Shown here: positions 1 through 6,174 of the stretch, piece by piece
Numbering within the stretch: position 1 is the stretch's first letter
Layout: each line of letters starts with the position of its first letter
Assembly (NCBI GenBank): GCA_035353375.1
Contig: DAOPZM010000018.1
Span: 26,713-37,335 of the forward strand
DNA length: 10,623 nt
Reading direction: 5' to 3'
Origin: Syntrophomonadaceae bacterium
GTDB taxonomy: Bacteria; Bacillota; Syntrophomonadia; Syntrophomonadales; Syntrophomonadaceae
The notes under the pieces: generated by a model
The model's database searches: none
What the model was told of the DNA's origin: nothing
Seen by the model: the letters and a program-made list of their open reading frames with translations, nothing else
Translations under genes and position numbers: made by a program

Positions 1-742
1 GGCCGGTGTCAGGTGCCACGCCGACCGACATCAAGGTCAACTCGCTGTGGATGATTTCACCGTTATCCAGCAAAATTGTATTTCCTCTGTCGCGGAAAGC
101 AACCGCCGCGGTGCCGGTCAATACCCTTATACCGCGCAGCAGCAGTTCCTGCAGGACAAAGGCTGCCATCTCTTCATCAAGCGGCGGCAGGACCTGAGGA
201 GCTTTTTCGACCAGTGTAACTTCAAGGCCCCGGGTGACAAGACTCTCAGCCATTTCAAGCCCGATAAACCCCGCCCCTATCACTACCGCCTGCCGCGGAT
301 GTCTTTGGTTTATAAAAGCGGTAATTTTATCTACATCCGGAACATTTCGTAATGTAAACAGGTTTTCAGCTTCTTCCCAACCTTCCGCAGATGGAATTAT
401 AGCTGTGGCGCCGGGAGACAGAATCAGTTTGTCGTAACTTAGCGTGTAAGTGTCAATACCGCTCCTGACCGTAACTGCTTTCGCCTCCGCGTCAATGGCG
501 ATCGCTTCACTATAAGGCCGCACATCCAAAGCAAAACGGCTTTTCAAAGATTCCGGGGTCTGCACCAGCAGGGCATCCCGGTTTTGGATTTCACCGCCGG
601 CATAATAAGGCAGCCCGCAGTTGGCAAAAGAGACATAAGGGCCCTTTTCCAATACAATTATTTCTGCGTCTTCGTTCAAACGTCTTAATCGTGTGGCGGC
701 GGACATTCCGCCGGCAACACCCCCAATAATGACAACTCTCAT
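1..742 (-). CDS. FAD-dependent pyridine nucleotide-disulfide oxidoreductase, CoA-disulfide reductase / NADH oxidase-peroxidase family. Only the N-terminal ~247 aa are present; the 3' end lies beyond the left edge.
   Basis: My own translation of the reverse strand from the ATG at 742-740 is open to position 2: MRVVIIGGVAGGMSAATRLRRLNEDAEIIVLEKGPYVSFANCGLPYYAGGEIQNRDALLVQTPESLKSRFALDVRPYSEAIAIDAEAK...VVIGAGFIGLEMAESLVTRGLEVTLVEKAPQVLPPLDEEMA... It contains the GxGxxG FAD fold, the SFANCGLPYY single redox-Cys motif typical of CoADR/Nox/Npx, and a second GxGxxG/E NAD(P)H fold. An AAGGGG Shine-Dalgarno sequence sits ~8 nt upstream of the ATG. It is absent from the ORF track only because no stop codon lies inside the window. 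Confidence 0.88.
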   Translation of the reverse strand, partial: MRVVIIGGVAGGMSAATRLRRLNEDAEIIVLEKGPYVSFANCGLPYYAGGEIQNRDALLVQTPESLKSRFALDVRPYSEAIAIDAEAKAVTVRSGIDTYTLSYDKLILSPGATAIIPSAEGWEEAENLFTLRNVPDVDKITAFINQRHPRQAVVIGAGFIGLEMAESLVTRGLEVTLVEKAPQVLPPLDEEMAAFVLQELLLRGIRVLTGTAAVAFRDRGNTILLDNGEIIHSELTLMSVGVAPDTG

Positions 743-784
743 ATCTCAGACCCCTTGTTTAGGATTTATAAACAGCTTTTTGTA

Positions 785-813
785 ATAATATCATGAGCAG
801 GGATCTTTGAACA
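785..813 (-). promoter_or_regulatory. Candidate promoter for the oxidoreductase gene (extended -10 TGaTATTAT; weak -35 TGTTCA, 17-nt spacer)
   Basis: The reverse strand reads GGTGTTCAAAGATCCCTGCTCATGATATTATTACA. The -10 hexamer is at + coordinates 785-790 and the -35 at 808-813. The predicted 5' UTR is ~35 nt. Confidence 0.35.
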
Positions 814-884
814 CCTTAACACTTTTGAAAATAATCGAACGTTTTGATCTTTAACCCTGACAAATATTCCGGTAGGAATAAAAC

Positions 885-900
885 TTGAATAAGTATTCAA
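885..900. promoter_or_regulatory. Perfect 7-2-7 palindrome TTGAATA-AG-TATTCAA, a candidate ArsR/SmtB-family operator in the divergent promoter region
   Basis: Read directly from the sequence. The half-site TGAATA/TATTCA is the same half-site as in the 951-964 site. It ends 8 nt upstream of the -35 of the arsR-type gene promoter. Confidence 0.5.
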
Positions 901-907
901 ATAATAG

Positions 908-937
908 TTGACACCTATATTAACAGGGGGATAAAAT
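908..937 (+). promoter_or_regulatory. Sigma-A-type promoter of the cadC-cadA-like operon
   Basis: TTGACA (908-913), a 17/18-nt spacer, then ATAAAAT (931-937). It lies ~60 nt upstream of the ATG at 999. Confidence 0.6.
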
Positions 938-950
938 TTAAATGGATATA

Positions 951-964
951 TGAACAGTTATTCA
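951..964. promoter_or_regulatory. 6-2-6 hyphenated inverted repeat TGAACA-GT-TATTCA, an SmtB/CadC-type operator just downstream of the predicted transcription start
   Basis: The string TGAACAGTTATTCA is, as I recall it, identical to the 6-2-6 repeat described in the Synechococcus smt operator-promoter. Its position overlapping +1 matches how CadC/SmtB repressors occlude their promoters. Confidence 0.55.
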
Positions 965-998
965 ATTGATCAAGTGAGAGTCATGGGAGGTATTTAAT

Positions 999-1367
999 AT
1001 GATCAGAGTCCAGTCGATTGAAAAGTGTGACTGTGATGTAATTCATGAGGATATCGTTGCGCAGGTGAAAAATATAATGCCTGAGGAAGAGACTCTTTAT
1101 GATCTGGCTGAATTGTTTAAAGTTTTTGGCGATACAACCAGAATAAAGATTCTATGGGCATTGGATTCAGCTGAAATGTGTGTCTGTGACATTGCTTATT
1201 TGTTGAATATGACCCAATCAGCCATTTCACATCAATTAAGAGTACTGAAGCAGGCCAAGCTGGTTAAAAACCGCAGAGAAGGGAAAATAGTTTTCTACTC
1301 GCTGGATGATGAGCATATAAAGCAAATATTTGAACTGGGTTTAATTCATATTTCCGAGGAAGAATAA
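999..1367 (+). CDS. cadC: ArsR/SmtB-family metal-sensing transcriptional repressor, CadC-like (thiolate alpha3N site plus alpha5 site)
   Basis: 122-aa ORF with a GGGAGG Shine-Dalgarno sequence 8 nt upstream. The winged-helix core is LAELFKVFGDTTRIKILWAL...MCVCDIAYLLNMTQSAISHQLRVLKQAKLV. N-terminal Cys pair in EKCDCD plus CVC in helix alpha3 form the alpha3N Cd/Pb/Zn site. The C-terminal DEHIKQIFELGLIHISE fits the alpha5 pattern DxHx10Hx2E. It is translationally adjacent to a P1B ATPase. Confidence 0.88.
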   Translation: MIRVQSIEKCDCDVIHEDIVAQVKNIMPEEETLYDLAELFKVFGDTTRIKILWALDSAEMCVCDIAYLLNMTQSAISHQLRVLKQAKLVKNRREGKIVFYSLDDEHIKQIFELGLIHISEEE

Positions 1368-1384
1368 ACCCTGGAGGACTGATA

Positions 1385-3307
1385 ATGTTGAAGCAGGATG
1401 AAGCAGCGGTTGCAGCCAGAATTGAAGCGAATAAAAACCCGGGCGACGAGGACAAATCAAATTTAAAAAAACAGGCAGTGATATTTTTATTCGGCGGAAC
1501 TTTATTTGCAGCCGGGGCGATTTTTACTTTCCCGGTTGGTCTGGAACTTACCGTATTCCTGCTGAGCTATTTGATTGTCGGCGGAAGCGTCATTTGGCGG
1601 GCAGTTAAAGGTATAGTCAGGGGGCAGGTGTTTAGTGAGCACTTCCTGATGAGTGTTGCTACGATTGGGGCTTTTTGTGTTGGGGCCTATTCTGAGGGGG
1701 CAGCTGTCATGCTGTTCTATCTGGTGGGTGAGATGTTTCAGGATATGGCGGTTGATCATTCCCGGAAATCGATTGGGATATTAATGGATATCAGACCGGA
1801 TTATGCCAATCTTAAAATTGGTGACGAAATAAAAAAGGTATCTCCTGAAGAAGTTTTATGCGGCGAAATAATAATCGTAAAGCCGGGCGAAAAGGTCCCC
1901 CTTGACGGCAGGGTCACAGAAGGAAAATCGATGGCCGATACATCTGCATTGACCGGCGAATCAGTCCCGCGCGCATTGGAACCCGGATGTGAGGTCTTAA
2001 GCGGATTTATAAATAATAATGGTGTTTTAACGGTTGAAGTGACTAAAACATACAGTGAATCAACTGTGGCCAGGATTTTGGATCTGGTTGAAAATGCCGG
2101 CAGCAGGAAAGCTCCCACCGAGGATTTTATAACAAAATTCGCCGGGTATTATACGCCGGTGGTGGTGTTTGGAGCGTTGGCACTGGCAATCATACCGCCT
2201 TTGGCAATCCCCGGGGCAGCTTTTTCTGACTGGATATACCGGTCCCTGATATTCCTGGTGATTTCTTGTCCCTGTGCATTAGTGATTTCCATTCCCCTGG
2301 GATTTTTCGGGGGGATCGGCGGAGCTTCCAAAAGAGGCATACTGGTAAAGGGCAGCAACTATCTGGAAGCTTTGAATAAAGTGGAGACAGTTGTTTTTGA
2401 CAAGACCGGCACATTAACCAAAGGTGTATTTAAAGTTACAGAAATAAATCCGCAAAATAATTATACCGGGGAAGAGCTCATCGAATACGCAGCTTATGCT
2501 GAGAGCTATTCCAACCACCCGATCGCGCTTTCAATCATAGAGGCATATAAGGCTGAACCAGATAAAAACCGGATTGAAAATTATGAAGAAATTGCCGGTC
2601 ATGGCATCAAGGTAACTGTCGACGGCCAAGAAGTTCTGGCCGGAAACAGCTGGCTGATGGCTGCTGAAAACATCAAATACAGCGAAGCTTGCGCGGCAGG
2701 GACAGTGATACATGTGGCAATAAACAAGGTGTATGCCGGTCATATTGTGGCAGCAGATGAAGTAAAGGAAGATGCTGCCCTGGCCATTAAAGAGCTTAAA
2801 GCCCTGGGGGTCAGGAAAACGGTAATGCTTACCGGAGATTTAAAAAGTATCGGCGACAGGGTCGGCCGGCAATTAGGCTTGGATGAGGTTTATGCTGAAT
2901 TACTGCCGGCTGACAAAGTCGATAAACTTGAAATACTGGAGAACCAAAAATCCCGTAAAGGGAAGGTGGCTTTCGTTGGTGACGGCATAAACGATGCCCC
3001 GGTTTTAGCCAGAGCGGATATCGGCATAGCCATGGGAGGACTTGGTTCGGATGCGGCGATTGAAGCTGCAGACATTGTAATTATGAACGATCAACCATCC
3101 AATATTGCAACTGCCATAAAAGTTGCCCGCCGAACCAGGAACATAGTATTGCAGAACATCGTATTTGCCCTGGGAGTTAAAGCTGCATTCCTGGTATTGG
3201 GCGGAGCAGGTCTGGCTACCATGTGGGAAGCAGTATTTGCGGATGTGGGGGTAGCATTGCTGGCGGTTTTTAATGCTATGAGGGTTATGTATACCAAAAG
3301 CATATAA
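1385..3307 (+). CDS. cadA: Heavy-metal-translocating P1B-2-type ATPase (Zn2+/Cd2+/Pb2+ exporter) lacking an N-terminal HMA metal-binding domain
   Basis: 640-aa ORF with a GGAGGA Shine-Dalgarno sequence 6 nt upstream. Motifs present: TGES (SALTGESVP), CPC in TM6 (ISCPCALVISIP), DKTGTLT, SNHP, GDGINDAP, and the TM7/TM8 signatures NIVFALGVK (Nx7K) and DVGVALLAVFN (DxGx7N). The N-terminus (MLKQDEAAVAARIEANKNPGDEDK...) has no CxxC motif or His-rich stretch. Confidence 0.92.
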   Translation: MLKQDEAAVAARIEANKNPGDEDKSNLKKQAVIFLFGGTLFAAGAIFTFPVGLELTVFLLSYLIVGGSVIWRAVKGIVRGQVFSEHFLMSVATIGAFCVGAYSEGAAVMLFYLVGEMFQDMAVDHSRKSIGILMDIRPDYANLKIGDEIKKVSPEEVLCGEIIIVKPGEKVPLDGRVTEGKSMADTSALTGESVPRALEPGCEVLSGFINNNGVLTVEVTKTYSESTVARILDLVENAGSRKAPTEDFITKFAGYYTPVVVFGALALAIIPPLAIPGAAFSDWIYRSLIFLVISCPCALVISIPLGFFGGIGGASKRGILVKGSNYLEALNKVETVVFDKTGTLTKGVFKVTEINPQNNYTGEELIEYAAYAESYSNHPIALSIIEAYKAEPDKNRIENYEEIAGHGIKVTVDGQEVLAGNSWLMAAENIKYSEACAAGTVIHVAINKVYAGHIVAADEVKEDAALAIKELKALGVRKTVMLTGDLKSIGDRVGRQLGLDEVYAELLPADKVDKLEILENQKSRKGKVAFVGDGINDAPVLARADIGIAMGGLGSDAAIEAADIVIMNDQPSNIATAIKVARRTRNIVLQNIVFALGVKAAFLVLGGAGLATMWEAVFADVGVALLAVFNAMRVMYTKSI

Positions 3308-3550
3308 GAAAAATGTCAGACCGTCAAAAAAGGCCAATTGCTTCCTTGATTGTATCGTCAGCGATACATTGTAGTGCCCTTGGGTGCCGCGTTAACCCGA
3401 AAGTGCCGCTTAATCTACGTACTTTAGTACGTTTCAATCGCGCCACCTCAGGTTGCCTCGCTCTTGACCTTTTTTGCTCGCCCTGACGTGCAGGTACTTT
3501 TCCGACAGTCTCAAATAAATGAGCATTTTTTAATATCTTTCATACGGTTA

Positions 3551-4933
3551 TCAGATAAGATTGCGCCGTTTGGCTTCAAATTCCAATTCATCCCTGAAAT
3601 CGGGGTGGGCAACGCTGATTATATTTTTCACCCGCTGGCGGATAGACTGGCCCTTGATCTTGGCGGCACCGTACTCGGTTATGACATAATCAGCACATGA
3701 CCTGGGAGTAGTAATAATGCCCCCGGGTGTGATCTGTGGTGCAATTTTGGATATCATCTGGCCGCCGCCGCTTCTGGGAGTAGCAGTTGCAGTAGTGGCG
3801 ATAATCGACACCCCGCCTTTGGATTGGAATGCCCCGTCAACAAAATCAAGCTGTCCGCCCGGATGGGTATATTGTTTATAACCCATGGATTCCGAACAGA
3901 TCTGACCGGTCAGATCCACCTGCAGGCAGGCATTGATGGAGACCAGATTATCATTTTTGCCGATAATATACGGATTGTTAACAAAATTGACCGGGTAAAA
4001 CTCGATGCCGGGATTGTCATCTATCCAGTCGTAGAGTTTACGGGTGCCCATGGCGAAAGTAAAGATCGACCGGTAGGGCATAAAGGTCTTGCGCCGGTTG
4101 GTCACAACTTCGGCCTCCCACAAGTTGATCATAGTATCACAGGCCATTTCCGAATGGATACCGAGATCCTTGACATGAGTATCAAGAAATGCCTGGGCGA
4201 CTGCATTAGGTATGCTGCCTATCCCTAACTGAATGGTGGAACCGTCTTTGACAAATTCAGCGCAGCAGCGGCCGATAGTATCTTCTTCCGGAGTCATGGG
4301 GGCAGTATCAGGCAGAACCGCTAAATCCTGATCCTGCTCGACAATGGCGGTTATCTCGGAAATATGCAGGTAATTCATGCCCCGGCTCCGCGGCACCTGG
4401 TTATTGACCTGGGCCAGGACCATATAACGGTCATCCCCCTCGCGGCGTTTTTGAGCGGCATTTTTGGCTATCGCCAGAGTGGCATCAGCCCCAACACCCA
4501 GGCAAAAGTAGCCGTGTTTATCCATAGGAGTAACTAACACCATCGCTGTTTGCATAGGACGGAAGTTTTCATCGGTATAAATTTTTGGCAGTTCACAAAA
4601 GCGGTTGGGTGTCAGGGTAAATTCCCCGCTGACCACCAAATCGCGGCTAACCGAAGGATAGCCGCAGTCAACTCTGATATTGCTTTCCCGGCCCAGCTTG
4701 CGCCAGGTATTCTGCGGGTGGATATCGACGATGTGATTGATAGTTATATTTTCCACTTCCGGTTCCCGCGCTACCAATGCATCCACCAGTGCCAAAGGTA
4801 CAGGAACGGCTATTCCTATCCAGACCTCGGTATTGTTTTTTACCATTTTGGCAGCCTGCCCGGCTGACATTAACCTCTCCTTATACATTTCCTTTAAATT
4901 CAAAACTGTGCCCTCCTCGAAAAATTTCCACAT
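3551..4933 (-). CDS. CoA-transferase of the acetyl-CoA hydrolase/transferase family (4-hydroxybutyrate CoA-transferase / butyryl-CoA:acetate CoA-transferase-like)
   Basis: 460-aa ORF. YKERLMSAGQAAKMV resembles the YKEKLVTAE.A N-terminus of Cat2/AbfT-type enzymes. Also present: TIQLGIGSIPNAV, LGIHSEM, VSINACLQVDLTGQICSESMG (catalytic-Glu region), GGQLDFVDGA, and a C-terminal SVAHPDFRDELEFEAKRR. The start is ambiguous. The ATG at 4933 has its Shine-Dalgarno sequence abutting it. The in-frame ATG at 4888 (MYKERL) has a poor Shine-Dalgarno sequence. The ATG at 4870 (MSAGQ) follows AAGGAGAGG at ideal spacing. Confidence 0.85.
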   Translation of the reverse strand: MWKFFEEGTVLNLKEMYKERLMSAGQAAKMVKNNTEVWIGIAVPVPLALVDALVAREPEVENITINHIVDIHPQNTWRKLGRESNIRVDCGYPSVSRDLVVSGEFTLTPNRFCELPKIYTDENFRPMQTAMVLVTPMDKHGYFCLGVGADATLAIAKNAAQKRREGDDRYMVLAQVNNQVPRSRGMNYLHISEITAIVEQDQDLAVLPDTAPMTPEEDTIGRCCAEFVKDGSTIQLGIGSIPNAVAQAFLDTHVKDLGIHSEMACDTMINLWEAEVVTNRRKTFMPYRSIFTFAMGTRKLYDWIDDNPGIEFYPVNFVNNPYIIGKNDNLVSINACLQVDLTGQICSESMGYKQYTHPGGQLDFVDGAFQSKGGVSIIATTATATPRSGGGQMISKIAPQITPGGIITTPRSCADYVITEYGAAKIKGQSIRQRVKNIISVAHPDFRDELEFEAKRRNLI

Positions 4934-4943
4934 TCCCTCACCA

Positions 4944-4971
4944 TTATAATTATCGATTCCGATAATTATAA
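4944..4971. promoter_or_regulatory. Perfect 12-4-12 inverted repeat TTATAATTATCG-ATTC-CGATAATTATAA immediately upstream of the CoA-transferase gene; candidate operator overlapping -10-like hexamers
   Basis: Read directly from the sequence. Both arms contain TATAAT-like hexamers, so a dimeric regulator bound here would occlude the likely -10 region. Confidence 0.45.
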
Positions 4972-5279
4972 ATTCATATTATCAGTATCTAAATTATATA
5001 AAGTTCTAAATGTTTGCGGATAATCCTGCAAAACTATTCATTTTATGCTTCCAAAGGAATGATTTTGCAAACTTACGAATATTTAATATATTCGGTCAAT
5101 ACCCGGAACTATAGTTGCATGCCGGCCTGCCAACATTTCTTCTATGACGGTTATTTTTTGCTTGTTTGCTCAAATCAAATTGCATCCTCCTATTATATCT
5201 TAATTCCGAGGGATGACATTTTACCTGATGAGTTATACCATGACATTATTGCTGATTAACAAGAGCTGGGAAAAAATGC

Positions 5280-5309
5280 TTGCAAAAAAAAGTTAGCTTA
5301 TGTTATAAT
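5280..5309 (+). promoter_or_regulatory. Strong sigma-A-type promoter with extended -10
   Basis: TTGCAA (5280-5285), an 18-nt spacer, then TGtTATAAT (TG at 5301-5302, TATAAT at 5304-5309). No protein-coding gene follows it for ~950 nt. Confidence 0.65.
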
Positions 5310-5316
5310 ACATTTA

Positions 5317-5520
5317 GTCCGAAAGGATAAAAAAGATCTTAATGACCTGCCAGGGGAGCGTACAAGGGTTGCTTGACTGGCGTAAAAAGGAAACTAGGAT
5401 ATGTAGTCGGGCGTACCATAGTTGCTCGGTTACAAACTAGTGGTGGGTTCTCTTTAATGAGAACCTGATCATTAGAGAAAATTAACATCCCATCACTGAA
5501 AAGTGGTGGGATTTTTAATT
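5317..5520 (+). ncRNA. ~200-nt structured leader or small RNA with mutually exclusive antiterminator/terminator pairings; RNA class unassigned
   Basis: It starts at the predicted +1 of the 5280 promoter and ends at an intrinsic terminator. GTGGTGGG occurs twice (5440-5447 and 5503-5510), and both copies can pair with CCCATCAC (5489-5496). There is a perfect GGTTCTC/GAGAACC hairpin at 5446-5465. It contains an internal imperfect tandem duplication (GCGTAC..GTTGCT..AAACTAG appears twice). It shares the decamer TTAACATCCC with element 3 (5482-5491 vs 6014-6023). Confidence 0.5.
5487..5520 (+). terminator. Rho-independent terminator of leader 1
   Basis: A 10-bp stem ATCCCATCAC / GTGGTGGGAT (one G-U pair), loop TGAAAA, followed by TTTTTAATTT. 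Confidence 0.7.
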
Positions 5521-5749
5521 TGGAATCAGTAAAGAAGCGGACTTTTGACCATTTTATCAACTGCAGCAACAGCAGGACCATATGCTGGTAACCGCATTTC
5601 GCCCGGAGTTGACAGACGATTTAAGGATCCATAAGTATTTCCCGGGTATGGGCTGAAGTGTTCAAAATATCCAAAATTAAAAATATTGAAACTTTTTATA
5701 TTATGCAGGAACAAAATGTATACTTGTCGAAAAAGCTTATAATAAAAAA

Positions 5750-5850
5750 TATGCTCCGAGCCTTTTGACCTAAAGTTTTTTAGCTACGGTTTTCAGGCCG
5801 TCAGGGTGCATTCGGAAACGGGTGTGCCTCCCATTGTGGAAAGGAGAAGC
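5750..5850 (+). promoter_or_regulatory. Moco (molybdenum/tungsten cofactor) riboswitch aptamer, Moco RNA motif
   Basis: The three conserved strings I associate with the Moco RNA motif occur in the correct order: CUCCGAGCC (5754-5762), GCCUCCC (5826-5832) and GGAAAGG (5838-5844). A hairpin capped by a GAAA tetraloop immediately precedes GCCUCCC (CATTCG-GAAA-CGGGTG, 5809-5824). CCUUUU (5761-5766) can pair with GAAAGG (5839-5844). A TATAAT -10 box lies at 5738-5743, with a poor -35. Confidence 0.68.
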
Positions 5851-5866
5851 TGTATCAGGCCTGATT

Positions 5867-5904
5867 AAAGGCGGATTGCTTGTCGCAATCCGCCTTTATT
5901 GTTT
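5867..5904 (+). terminator. Rho-independent terminator (expression platform of riboswitch element 2)
   Basis: A perfect 13-bp stem AAAGGCGGATTGC / GCAATCCGCCTTT, loop TTGTC, followed by ATTGTTT. Confidence 0.8.
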
Positions 5905-5944
5905 ATCCGGCCATTGATGTAATATAAATAAAAATTTAATTTGT

Positions 5945-6040
5945 TGTTTCGAGTCTTTCTTCCTGCAGCCATCCTGGTATGGAAAAAGACCAATGTGCTA
6001 ACCCGGAAACAGGTTAACATCCCGCTTGGAAAGGAGCAAT
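5945..6040 (+). promoter_or_regulatory. Second, more divergent Moco-riboswitch-like aptamer
   Basis: Its layout is colinear with element 2. It has UUUCGAGUC (5947-5955) where element 2 has CUCCGAGCC. It has a hairpin with a GAAA tetraloop, TAACCCG-GAAA-CAGGTTA (6000-6017). This is followed by ACAUCCC (6017-6023), a 4-nt linker, and GGAAAGGAG (6028-6036). Confidence 0.42.
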
Positions 6041-6058
6041 TTTATTTAAATATTTTTC

Positions 6059-6093
6059 AGCTGGGATGGTTTTCTGTCCCAGCTTCTTTATTT
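6059..6093 (+). terminator. Rho-independent terminator (expression platform of element 3)
   Basis: Stem AGCTGGGA / TCCCAGCT (6059-6066 / 6077-6084), a 10-nt loop, followed by TCTTTATTT. Confidence 0.65.
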
Positions 6094-6174
6094 GAGAAGG
6101 AAGGAGCGGTAATAAACTTATATTCTGCAATTAAGGCCATGATTGAAGAGTACTCAGGAAAGTTGTGCCTTATA

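Noticed and set aside
6-437. Three + strand ORF-track entries (6-197, 47-352, 234-437)
   Set aside because: They lie entirely inside the much better supported minus-strand oxidoreductase CDS (1-742). They have no Shine-Dalgarno sequences and their translations are low-complexity and motif-free.
1264-3337. Minus-strand ORFs antisense to the cadC/cadA-like genes (1264-1455, 1502-1759, 1801-2118, 2149-2358, 2190-2414, 2531-2743, 2890-3075, 3005-3337, 3091-3303)
   Set aside because: These are shadow ORFs opposite strongly motif-supported + strand genes. None has recognisable motifs or a ribosome binding site.
3431-3461. CRISPR-repeat-like string GTTTCAATCGCGCCACCTCAGGTTGCCTCGC (its reverse complement ends ...GATTGAAAC, as many type I repeats do)
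   Set aside because: It occurs only once in the window. There is no repeat-spacer periodicity and no cas genes nearby. At most it is a degenerate orphan repeat.
3464-4965. + strand ORFs overlapping the CoA-transferase gene (3464-3700, 3824-4228, 4550-4867, 4737-4949, 4777-4965)
   Set aside because: They are antisense to a 460-aa ORF with clear family motifs. Their translations are unremarkable and they have no Shine-Dalgarno sequences.
5076-5094. 7-5-7 palindrome CGAATAT-TTAAT-ATATTCG
   Set aside because: It is short and almost pure AT in an AT-rich spacer. It is easily produced by chance and has no positional link to a confident promoter.
5100-5195. Possible 29-aa basic peptide on the minus strand (MQFDLSKQAKNNRHRRNVGRPACNYSSGY) directly after AGGAGG
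   Set aside because: The ATG abuts the Shine-Dalgarno sequence with zero spacing. There are no conserved features, so it is indistinguishable from chance in AT-rich DNA.
5317-5520. T-box riboswitch assignment for leader 1 (GGUGG-containing antiterminator, CGGUUAC resembling the F-box)
   Set aside because: The antiterminator lacks the 7-nt UGGN bulge architecture. No specifier-loop or AG-bulge features were recognisable. No aminoacyl-tRNA synthetase or amino-acid gene follows.
5317-5520. Cobalamin riboswitch (tempting because of the downstream DUF4430 domains; GACCTGCC at 5345-5352 resembles the end of the B12 box) or TPP riboswitch (GAGAACCTGATC)
   Set aside because: The GCCACUG core and the full B12 box are absent, and the GACCTGCC string sits at the wrong (5') end. 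For TPP, the CUGAGA...ACCUGAUCUGGAUAAUGCCAGCG context and the P2/P3 helices are missing.
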